From positions 1 to 64,000 of the forward strand of contig NIVC01000280.1 of assembly GCA_002269645.1 (NCBI GenBank): a stretch of DNA of 64,000 nt, read 5' to 3'. Origin of the DNA: Macrostomum lignano. Taxonomy: Eukaryota. The translations under genes were made by a program, and so were the position numbers. The notes beneath the pieces are model-generated. The model had not been told where the DNA came from. It saw only the letters and a list, made by a program, of their open reading frames with translations, and did no database searches. Shown here piece after piece: positions 24,387 to 35,190 of this stretch (position 1 is its first letter; the number at the start of each line of letters is the position of its first letter).

Positions 24387-24394
24387 TATAAATA
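24387..24394 (+). promoter_or_regulatory. Putative TATA box of the CDC50-like gene
   Basis: TATAAATA about 220 bp upstream of the CDC50-like ATG, within the short divergent intergenic region. Confidence 0.4.
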
Positions 24395-24616
24395 GAGCCT
24401 GGACAAAAGCAATCGTCTGCAGCCCAACCGTCTATGGGCACCTGGCCCCCTCTTTTCTCTATTATAACTAACTTCTACTCACGTGTATCAAGACTAAACC
24501 ACAACTCTATAAGGCCAAGGTTTATATACATTTTTGTTATTAGACAGACTAGCATTGCAGCTGATGAATCCGGACAACTCAAGCAATTCTTGAAGCATTC
24601 AGCTCAAAGCTCGAGT

Positions 24617-25909
24617 ATGTCCACAGGACGAGGCCGCTTGGCCAGCGGCTACAGCCGAGCGCGTCGCCGATTTTGCTCGCGTCGAGAGTCATTGGAAGAC
24701 TTCTCAGTGCAGTCGTACAATGCGACGACGCCCAGCAAGACGACTGCCACTCAGCCTGCGGTGGCCGCGGCTGGTCAGTTCGGCAACCTGGGCGGTCCCT
24801 ACCTGCAGCAGGTGATGCCCGGCCTGCACTTGGGCCTCTCATGGCGCCAGATGTTCTTCAGCTTGTTCTTTGTCTCCATAGCACACGGGGTATTGGCTTA
24901 TTTTGCATTCATTAGCTGGCTGGGCACCACGGAAGTGCTGGTCTCCTACACCAGCTGTGCGAAGCTGTCGTATCCGAATCAAACTGCCCAGGAATGCGAG
25001 GTGACCTTCAACCTGCCGGCTCAGATTGACGGTCAGGCGTACGTGTACTTTCGCCTGTGCAATTTCCATTTAAACCATCGTCACGTGTACTCCTCGTGGA
25101 GCATGCCCCAGCTGCTCGGTAAGAAGCCGAACAATATCAAATACTCCTGCAAGAAGTTCACTTATCGCGACGAAAAGCTCGTCCTGCCGTGCGGTGCGCT
25201 CCCCAATGCCATCTTCAACGACACTGTTAACGTTACGGGACCGCTGAACTGTGAGTACGCAGGCAGTCAAACCTTGCACAGTTAAAACTCATTCAGAACT
25301 GACCTTGTAGAGATGCACTTAGACATTGTACAGTCTTACTCAACAAGCACCATTCCCAAAGCTCGAAATCCTCATTTGAACTGCAAATACGCCAACTGCC
25401 CTCTAAAAAACCTCTCAGCGGACATCAAAAACGCGACAACAATTCCCCTGTCAAGCAGCAACCTCAGCTGGCCGAGTCACACGGCTGGCCTGCACAAGGC
25501 CCTGCCGGCCAAGCTGCTGGAGAACACCGTCAAGCCCATGAACTGGCCCGAGCCGGCCGCGATTCGGTACAAGCGTCCGTTTGAAAACGCGGACGATTTA
25601 TGGGTCTGGCTGGTTACGCCAGCCTTCCCCTGCTTTCGCAAACTCATTCATTGGGTGGATTCCAATGAAAGCCTGTCAGCTGGAAAGTACAAAATGTCCA
25701 TCGGCTATCACTACCCAGTGGCCGGGTTCGGCGGCACGAAGAGCTTCGTCGTGGCTGGCAAGTCGCTGCTTGGCGGAAAGAACCTGGCGCTGGCTGTACT
25801 GCCGTCGGCTGTCAGCGCCGTCTACTTCCTGCTGAGCTTGTCAACTCTGATCGAGTGCTACTGCAGACTGCGGAAGAGGGCCATTGCGCTGGGCATTGTG
25901 GTTGACTAG
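24617..25909 (+). CDS. CDC50: CDC50/LEM3 (TMEM30) family P4-ATPase beta subunit, divergent
   Basis: Exons 24617-25250 (AAC T|gtgagt) and 25419-25909 (ctctcag|CG), 374 aa. Two TM helices; motifs YVYFRLCNFHLNHRH, PCGALPNAIFNDT, VKPMNWP, VWLVTPAFPCFRKL, YHYPVAGFGGTKSFV, LLGGKNLAL. Confidence 0.9.
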
Positions 25910-26054
25910 TCCAGGGGGTCTGGGCTGTTCAGGGGAATTCTCTAGGCTGATTTCTTGCTTTATTTAAGTTAACCGATTAACGAGCGTATCATATGGGTAG
26001 CCTGTTTTACGAGCAGAAAAGACAGGGCCCTTGTAGAGTGCTACTAGATACTAG

Positions 26055-27235
26055 AGGCAGACAGTGGAGCTACCAGGATCAGACAGTGGAGCTACCAGGA
26101 TCAGACAGTGGAGCTACCAGGAGCAGACAGTGGAGCTACCAGGATCAGACAGTGGAGCTACCAGGAGCAGACAGTGGAGCTACCAGGATCAGACAGTGGA
26201 GCTACCAGGATCATACAGTTGAGCTACCAGGAGCAGGTGGAGCTAGCAGGAGCAGACAGTGGAGCTACCAGGATCAGACAGTTGAGCTACCAGGATCAGA
26301 TAGTGGAGCTACCAGGATCAGACAGTGGAGCTACCAGGATCATACAATTGAGCTACCAGGAGCAGGTGGAGCTAGCAGGAGCAGACAGTGGAGCTACCAG
26401 GATCAGACAGTTGAGCTACCAGGATCAGACAGTGGAGCTACCAGGATCAGACAGTGGAGCTACCAGGATCAGACAGTGGAGCTACCAGGAGCAGACAGTG
26501 GAGCTATCAGGAGCAGACAGTGGAGCTACCAGGATCAGACAGTGGAGCTACCAGGATCAGACAGTGGAGCTACCAGGATCAGACAGTGGAGCTACCAGGA
26601 GCAGACAGTGGAGCTACCAGGATCAGACAGTGGAGCTACCAGGAGCAGGTGGAGCTAGCAGGAGCAGACAGTGGAGCTACCAGGATCAGACAGTTGAGCT
26701 ACCAGGATCAGACAGTGGAGCTATCAGGATCAGACAGTGGAGCTACCAGGATCAGACAGTGGAGCTACCAGGATCAGACAGTGGAGCTACCAGGAGCAGA
26801 CAGTGGAGCTACCAGGATCAGACAGTGGAGCTACCAGGATCATACAGTTGAGCTACCAGGAGCAGGTGGAGCTAGCAGGAGCAGACAGTGGAGCTACCAG
26901 GATCAGACAGTTGAGCTACCAGGATCAGACAGTGGAGCTAGCAGGAGCAGACAGTGGAGCTACCAGGATCAGACAGTTGAGCTACCAGGATCAGACAGTG
27001 GAGCTACCAGGATCAGACAGTGGAGCTACCAGGATCAGACAGTGGAGCTACCAGGAGCAGACAGTGGAGCTATCAGGAGCAGACAGTGGAGCTACCAGGA
27101 TCAGACAGTGGAGTTACCAGGATCATACAGTTGAGCTACCAGGAGCAGGTGGAGCTAGCAGGAGCAGACAGTGGAGCTACCAGGATCAGACAGTTGAGCT
27201 ACCAGGAGCAGGTGGAGCTAGCAGGAGCAGACTAA
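26055..27235. repeat. 22-bp minisatellite downstream of the CDC50-like gene
   Basis: Unit gagctaccaggatcagacagtg with variants; accounts for the ORFs 25993-27282. Confidence 0.97.
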
Positions 27236-28954
27236 GGGGAGACAGCAACAATGGAACAACCCATTACTATTGGCTGCTCTGATGTTGTAGTTCATAGCTA
27301 ATATTGGCTTTAGATAGGGTAGTCAACACAGGAGTCACTTTCAATTCTTCCATAGAACTGAGCTTGCCAATGCAGTCCAATGTTGCTCCTCTAGCAGATA
27401 GTTGGTGATTAATTTGCTCATGCTATATTCCCAATAATATATAATTTGCTCTGAAAGGCAAGCTTATTGCTAACAATTAGTTTGTTGTACCAAGAAATGT
27501 GCATGTATAAAAAGTACAAAAAGCTCCAAAATATAACTTTATGTCAAATATATCTTATATGCATGTATATTCATGCATTTAAACTAAATTATCTCAATTA
27601 AAGGAGCCAATGAACAAATGTGATCAAAGGTGCATAATATACTCCTATTTATGCCTACTTGAAGAAAAATATTACTGATGAAATATGATAAAAAATAGTA
27701 TGATAAAATTGCATTGCATAATATGATAAAAAATATTGAATAAAAAATGTTGAAGCTTCTTGCAGCTTGTGAGCAGTATAAACCAAAAAAACTAAAGAAA
27801 TTCTTAAATTATGTAATTATTGTATAAATTCCTACTGAGCACTATGGCATGGTTAGGAAAATAGTTTAACTCTAATTTAAAACGAGAGCAATTCAAGACA
27901 GGTTTTATAGCTTCAATTAGTTCAAAAAATCTTGGATTCGATTGAATTACAATGTCATTTTACTTTATCCATACCATAAATTTAGGTTTGAATTAAATAT
28001 GCGCTATTTATGAGTTCATGAAAAGTGTGAATTTATCGCAGACTACACGAAAAGTAAACAATCAATTTTTCTACAAAATCGAAAGCAAAAGAACAAAATA
28101 ATGAGGCTGTTGGGAATAGTCTCAAAATACTTTGTCTGCGACAAGACAGCAAAAAAGTGCTAATTTAGAAATCTGTTGGCTAAATTGTTTCAAACTAGTT
28201 AGAAAAAGAAATATAATACAATTTTTACCACATACAATTTTTTATATCTATTAGTTGTCCCATCAAAATTAGCCCAGCAGTTTTGGAGAAGATATCGAAC
28301 TGACAAACAAACAAACAAGAATACAGACCTTAGAGATGGTAGTATATTTAGATTTTAAGTCGTTGTAGTCTTACAAAGTTAAATTATTAATGTATAGTAA
28401 CAGGAACTCATTGTAAAACTATCTTTTACATTGCGTCAAAACTTTTTAAAACTATTTTCAAAATTTATGTAAGCCAGATAATATAATTACGAAAGCCTGT
28501 TTTAGGGATCGTATAAAAAATTGTTAAAACTGTCTACTTTCAAACCGTCGTATTTACTTAACCCAGTTTTTGCTATTTTGTAATAGACTAATACTCTAAA
28601 AATATTTTCTGCTAGTGGTCATTCGATTGAATTTATATATTGCTAAAGCAATGAAAAAAATATAAGAATTTTCATTAGTTTTTGTTTGCACTTGGTGGAA
28701 ATTCCACCCACAGAAGATTTAATGTAATCAATTTTTTCGAAAAAAAACTAACTTTTAGATATTCGAAACACAGAGAACTAATACGAGTAGCATACGATAA
28801 TTCCACACCCTAATTTTTTCATGTAAAATGAATGGGCTGTTTACCGGCACTCTTTTCGTACACATGTGCAAATTCACGAGCAATATATTTTTAAAAAGCA
28901 AATTTAACCCTCCACCAAAACACGAATTCCCATCACCACCATGAGCCAGCATCA

Positions 28955-29444
28955 GACGTTGGTGCTGCCCATACTACCAACTCCCGAACAGCCAGCGGTT
29001 CCGGCTGCCGGTGCCACACTGCGCGGGCAGTTGGCCCTCCCTAGCCCAACCAACCTCCACGTGGGGGGGGGCGTGGTATAACGCTCCAGAACCAGCTGGG
29101 CCACATGTGTCGCGCACGGCAGACGGATCTTCTCATCCGGCGTGTTGTACAGGATCACGTGGAGCTCCCCGGTATAGTCCGGGTCCACCACACCACCCTG
29201 CACAGTCAGGCCCCGATTGGCCCAACTTGAGCAGCTCGCGATCCATGGGTGCCTGGCGGCAGGATAACGCAAAGGCCTGTGCGTATGATGGCAGTATCAC
29301 AGCCCTCCACGGTCCAATTTTCACAGGTAGCCAAATCGTACGTCACTGATCCTGCCCCGTGAGCCGCCGCGGCATCGCAGCGCCATGATCCACTAGCACG
29401 ATGCTCAACGGGACTGTCGATCAGGCTCTGGGTGTTGTACTCAT
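28955..29444 (-). pseudogene. dut: Intronless dUTPase pseudogene, probably cargo of the adjacent Polinton-like element
   Basis: Joined frames give AAMPRRLT/AGSVTYDLATC..TAIIRTGLCVILPPGTHG/IASCSSWANRGLTVQGGVVDPDYTGELHVILYN..HVAQLVLER (dUTPase motifs 1-4); at least two frameshifts and a stop. Confidence 0.85.
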
Positions 29445-30119
29445 CGCGGCTGAGGGTTCATAGTTCATTGGATTCTTATCATCTTCTAAAATGACTCTAG
29501 TACTACCCTCATAATCCTCGCCCCAACAAAAAAGCTAAGCCTAGTACTAACCCCCAGTATCATCCTAGAAAACAAAAAATACATCGAGAAAGATATATTG
29601 CGAGCAAAAAATATAAACAGACAAACAATAGAGAACAATTGAAGTCAACCGCCAATGACCAAATAAGAGATATGAGTAGGGATCAACCCAGGCTTGCTTC
29701 GTGTCGAAAAAGCTAAGCGCTTGCTTGAGCTGCTCAAGAAGATCTTCTGTCGCCGCGAGGTAATCGTCCGCATCGTTACTGCATGCTCCAACACTCGATC
29801 CTTCCACACATTCAAAAATACGTTGCGCTTCATACCTCTAACAATCGACTTCGACACGCCCATGCACCGCAAATCTGACAGAGGGTTTTCCTTTGCATAC
29901 ATGTACACCATTGAATAGTTTTTCGGCCTTAGAAATGCAAACTCCAACGGTGTACAACATGAAACTTCATCTTTTTAAACCATTAACTTCCCTTTCTACT
30001 TTTTGTATAAACCGGATGAGAAGGTGGATAAATACTAATGTCTAATACACCGCACTCCACAAAATCTTTACAAATCTTTACAAACAACGTATCCCGAGGA
30101 CTCGTCTCCGGGTAGGCTA

Positions 30120-32178
30120 CGAAGGGCGTTCAATAAGTTTCCGGACCATAAGAGCCAGCGCAATCTAGGCTGCTCAAAATGTACTCACATGAAAAATGTA
30201 CATCTCCTGAGATTTGACATAAAATATAAAGGTTACACAATAAACCTGAATCTCACAACTTCACTTCAAAGTCACCTATCACCTCCAACTTCAAGTATCT
30301 ATTATGGAACTGTCACGCATACACTGGAGAGCGATGATTTTTTACGACTACAAATGTGGTCTGAACCAGTCGCAAAGCTTAGAACGGCTTCGCCTAGCCT
30401 TCGGGGATATGATGTGTTCCTTATTACCAGTCCTCAACTGTAATCAAGGAACAATCACTTCTAGCTCTGTAGCTAGGCAACCCAGTAATCAAATGAAGGT
30501 ATTCAATTACCTTTAATCCGGATTCTTAGATTTCGTTCTTGAGTCGTTCTCAACTGTAGATCTCTCAGTAGATCTTGTAGACTTCTAGACGTCTTCAGGT
30601 GTCGATCGGGTCCGAGTTTCCTTCTTCTTTCCTTTAGAAGTATTTCCGGCCGGAATCTGTCGTTCGGACCAATAGGAAGCTTCCAAATTAACAATGGGGA
30701 TCCCTGCGCCAAACTGCGGTTTAATATAAGCCTACTCCTTCTAGTAGTGCCTCTATGCACTCTAGGTATGGCTCCGGAAACCACTGATAGTCTTCTAAGA
30801 TCTATCAGGGGCAGTCCTTCTGGAGACTGCAACCAGTAGAGTCTAAACCGACTCAGGAGTCTCAACAGACTCACTATAAACTCAAGTCACTCTTGGACTT
30901 GAGCGAGACGTCTCAACCAACAGGCGCAAATGAGTAAGGCTTACCGCAAGAACTCGACCACGTCTTCGAGTTGCTTCAGGAAGTCTGCTGCAGATCTTCC
31001 TCTTCGGAGCTTTCTCTCTCGGAGATTGTGGCTCCGGGTCCGTTCCGGACCACTTGTATTTATAGGCAAATGGACCCCCATGAGGTCACGTGGGTCCAAC
31101 TCTTCAGCTGTCAAAAAGGTCACGGTTTGGTTGCTGTCAAACTTGGCAGGGTAGAAAGTTACTCCATTGGTTCAGTGTAAAAGCGCGTGATTGGTCATCG
31201 CATTCGAGTTATTTTTAGTTACATTTGATTGGGTCACGTGCGTACGGTTGAATGATGCATCTCTCCTGGGGTTTGCGTTCGACACGTACAGGTTACACGT
31301 GATTGGGTGATTTCTAAATTTAGCATGCTCAAGGTCTCTCTTTTTCTATTGGTTAGTCAGAATATACTTATAATTCAAAGCATACCTTTATTCATGCTCT
31401 TCAACTTACTACTGAATAAAATGTGTGAGTAGTACGTTAACACTTTTATGTCTTTTTTACGAAAGGTAGAACACTCTACAGATACTGCACCCTCGAGAAG
31501 AACCGTCTTTGACTGGTTCGCGGAATTTCGTCGGGGCCGAGTGTCGCTCGAAGACGAGGCTCGCGAAGGACGACCCCCGAGTTCGACCACTCAGGAAGCA
31601 GTGGCTGCAGTGAAGGCCCTGGTTGAGGAAGACCCGCGATTGACAGTGCAACAGCTAGCCGCTGCTGTGGGCATTTCTGCTGGTAGCCATGATTGCTGGT
31701 AACAATGCGGACGGTGACTGCGGGCAGGTATGTAACCGACTGTATGCCCCAGGTGCTGCAATCCATCGCTGAGAAGCGCCCAAGGACTCGCCATCGCGGG
31801 TTGCTGCTCCACCAGGACAACGCCCCGGCCCACACTGCGCGACTAACTGTGGAGTTCATGGAGCAGAATCGCGTCCAACTGCTTCAGCACCCACCCTACA
31901 GCCCCGACTTGGCACCATGTGACTTCTTTGTGTTCCCACAAGTCAAACGCCTGCTCAAGGGAGTCCGATTTGCATCGCCGGAACAGACCGTCGAGGCCTT
32001 CCAAAGTCACCTGTTCGACATCCCTCAGTCGGAGTGGGCTGGCTGCTTTGCTACTTAGTTTGAAAGGATGAGAAAGTGCATCGAAGCTGCTGGAGAGTAC
32101 TTCGAAAAGGCCTGACATTTATCTTCCCTCTGACGCTTTTCATTTCTGTGCATCCGGAAACTTATTGAACGCCCCTCG
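30120..32178 (+). mobile_element. Mariner (Tc1/mariner, DD34D) DNA transposon, internally deleted and disrupted
   Basis: 26-bp TIRs at 30120-30145 and 32153-32178 (1 mismatch), flanked by TA on both sides. Transposase: MELSRIHWRAMIFYDYKCG..LAFGD (30304-30409), TAPSRRTVFDWFAEFRRGRVSLEDEAREGRP, HQDNAPAH..YSPDLAPCDF (34 residues between the Asp). The first catalytic Asp region is deleted and there is an in-frame TAG at 32056. Confidence 0.95.
30410..31480 (-). mobile_element. Solo LTR (1071 bp) inserted in the mariner transposase
   Basis: TG...CA termini with a 4-bp GATA target duplication (30406-30409 and 31481-31484). Removing it restores TTC GGG GAT ACT GCA CCC (FGDTAP). Minus-strand CCAAT/CACGTG motifs (31190-31310) precede a TATAAATA at ~31057-31064. 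Confidence 0.8.
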
Positions 32179-35064
32179 TATAAAATCAATGCCAGGATAA
32201 AAAAATCCGTATATCTATCAAGCACGCGGGCAGAAGCAAGTGACTGATGACATTGAATCCTTGAATAGAAAAACTCGTTGACAAATGTCTTCGGAAGGTC
32301 CAGAATAGCGCTACTAATCAGAATTGGCTTGTTTAGCAATACTCAACGAGGAGTCAAACTCACGCCCGCCAGAAGGTTTGTGTACAAAATCACGTCCATA
32401 AATTCCTCTTTAGCGACGTACGTTTCTAACTTTTCGGCACTAGTACACATGCAATAGCTCAGCCTGTCTCGAACCCGCTGCAGAAACTTGCCGTGCACCG
32501 CATTGTTTAATATTTAAAAAAATCTAGATCGAAATCACTGGTCGCCTTAGACCGCCGACGAATATTATGTTCAATGAATTCCTGTAGAATAGGACCTTCT
32601 ACAAATTCGAGAACACGATTTACACGCGTCACACGCATGCCTAACTCGAGGTAAATACGCAATGCTCAATGATGTACAATGTACCCCTCTTTGTGTGTCA
32701 CAGAGCCGATTAGCTTCCCTGTCGGAGAAGCTAATCGTTTTACGTCCTTGTATACCTCCGCATTCCTCCTTCTTGGATTAAGCTGACGTTGTAGACAAAC
32801 CCAATCCTGCTTCATATGCTTAGTTGGATAGGCACTATCAGTTCTCTCATGGCCAATAGCCAGAGGTAGATCGGCAGCAGAGTCGTGCAAAAACTTCGGG
32901 TAGTACATATCGACATTCAGTAACGACCCTCGTCCATTCGCGCAATAGCTAGACAGCCAGTTCAAAAACTGACTCGACTTACTCGGATTTTCCAACTCCG
33001 CAACATCATCAACTGGTAGATTTTCATGCACTCTACGAGGCAACCAACGATAGGCTTTATACGGCAGGGCCTGCACCATAAAACTGGAGTAAAAAGAATT
33101 AGCATTAAGGTAGGCCAAGTGAGTGCCATACGGTGCATTCTGTCATAGTCCTCTTAAATCCAGATTGTCGTCAAGGTCCAGCTGACGACGACATTCTTCT
33201 ACCATAGGATTTTTTGCCATAGCAAGATGTCGAGTGCCGAAACGAAACCCGCCTCGAATCGAAGCTTCAACCTCGGAGTACATACGAGCGTCTGAAAACA
33301 ACTCTATCGGCTCCTTCACCTTCAATAGACACGCAGCTAGTCTATACATTGGCGATCCAAGAAAATGGCACACATCCAGACCGTATTCTCGTATTGCAGT
33401 CCGACGAAAACTCTCAAATGAATTGCATAGCAGTAGTGAATCCAACAGTAAATACGCGGTCACATAGCCACGCAAATTCTCACAATCAAACTCTTGCCAA
33501 CTCTGCTAAGCGCGGGTGTAGTACATCTCAGAACACTCTTGCCGGGTCATTGAATCGTAAAACAAATCTCGCGGTGGCAGTTCAGTTACACTGTCCAACT
33601 TCTCATCAGAGTCCAAGTAACATTACGGAAACACTCCGTTGGAGTTTAGGAGTTTAGGAATGGAAGTTTAGGAATGGAAGGCTTGTAGTTTAGGAATGGA
33701 ACGGATCGGCCAGATCGTCCAGAGTGGATTCTGTTGGACCGGACTGCGCGCCCGCCGCCACGCCCGCCGCCGCCGCCGCCATCGCCCCGCCGCCCGCCCC
33801 CACACGTCGTCTGTGCGTCTCTGGCGGCGACGACTGCTCGACTGTAGGTATTTTCGACGGAATATGGACAGCATGACGTCGACCTTGACAACGGTGAGGA
33901 ACTTCCAGTTACTACCGCGGGACTGGAAATTAGATAGTCCAGGGAGATGGCCTCCTCACCTGTACCTCGTACGTCTGCGTTGAGTGATGCGCTGGCCAGC
34001 TCGGGGTCGATGCGCAGGTATTTGAGGGTTGTGCATGTTCACGCTGGTGAAGGGCACCCCAGTCGCTTCGAGGACAAGTAGTTGACGCTGAGAGATCGCC
34101 GATTCAGCATCAGAGAGTGAGCCTTGATGGTGTAGAACCTCTTGAAATGCTCGGGCAGAAACATAATATTCTCGTGGTGGTGCAATTTTTCGGTTGGGAA
34201 TGCAGTTAACCAACAACAAAAGCACAGAATATTCTGAGAGCTAGTAGTCTTTGCAGCTATTAAAACAATATTAAGGGAATGAAAAATATTGCACACAGTT
34301 CCATTGATTGAGTCAGTACTAAGGACCGTGGTAGCTTGTGGGAATTTTTTCGCATCGTAATAGATCCGACGATCGTTTGAGCGTTATAATACTGCATGAG
34401 GGTGGGAGAATTAGTTACACGCATTTTATGAAACCGAATTGCGTGCTCGTTGCTAGATTGAAAAAAAACAGGGAGGGTTTGCACCCTAGATTGGAACACG
34501 GGTGGTGTTTTCCCATGAAGGTCCGTTTGTAGAAAAATATCGGGGAGGGACGTTTTATTAGTGTTCGGCGTGGAGTGGTTGGTTCACAGCGTGGCGTTAT
34601 CCAAATATACTAAATCCATATGCTATGTGCCGATAACAGAAATGTTGCAACCACCCCACATATTTTGAATTTCGTATCAAGGGGAGAGGCCATTGAGTTC
34701 GAGGGGAAAACTTGTGCTTCTCGCTTGCTCGATAGCTTATGCATGAAATTGGCCCATGCCCAGGACAGTGCGTGACTGGAGCATTGGAAATTGCAGCCGG
34801 ACTATTTTGAGGAGCTTTCACGCAGTTTTGCCTTTATTGAATACGGGAGCGAACGGCTGCGGCGAGTGGCGCGCCATATGTTGCCTGGTAAGTAGTTTTT
34901 TACCTACTCTATCTCTGTATTGTACCATATTTTAGCAATAGAGTACTAGAGCATCATATGGCAACTTCAGTAAACAATAGACGAGACGTCCGTCCGGTCG
35001 GAGCGATTCCGTCGACTATGCAGGGGCGATACGATCCTAACTATGGTAACAATGGGCGCGAATG

Positions 35065-35190
35065 TTAGTGCTCCTACGACATTGGTATGTAAAAGACATT
35101 CTCCTACGACAGTGGTATGCAAAAGACATTCTCCTACGACATTGGTATGCAAAAGACATTCTCCTACGACATTGGTATGTAAAATACATT
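35065..35190. repeat. 30-bp tandem repeat (~4 copies)
   Basis: Unit tcctacgacattggtatgtaaaagacattc. Confidence 0.9.

Larger units (their letters stand above)
29620..34260 (-). pseudogene. Decayed protein-primed family-B DNA polymerase of Polinton/Maverick (adintovirus-like) type, split by a mariner
   Basis: Ordered fragments: NFQSRGSNWKFLTVVKVDV (N-terminal region, ~33900); NGVFP*CYLDS..ELPPRDLFY (33620-33540); YLLLDSLLLCNSFESFRR..YGLDVCH..ASIRGG; YLNANSFYSSFMVQALP..LLNVDMYYPKFLHD..KLIGSVTHKEGYIVH; IYLELGMRVTRVNRVLEF; LNNAVHGKFLQRVR; LNKPILISSAILDL..RYTD. Beyond the mariner: DISIYPPSHP, EFAFLRPKNYS, CMGVSKSIV, LSFFDTKQAWV..LFGHW. Multiple stops and frameshifts. Confidence 0.85.
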
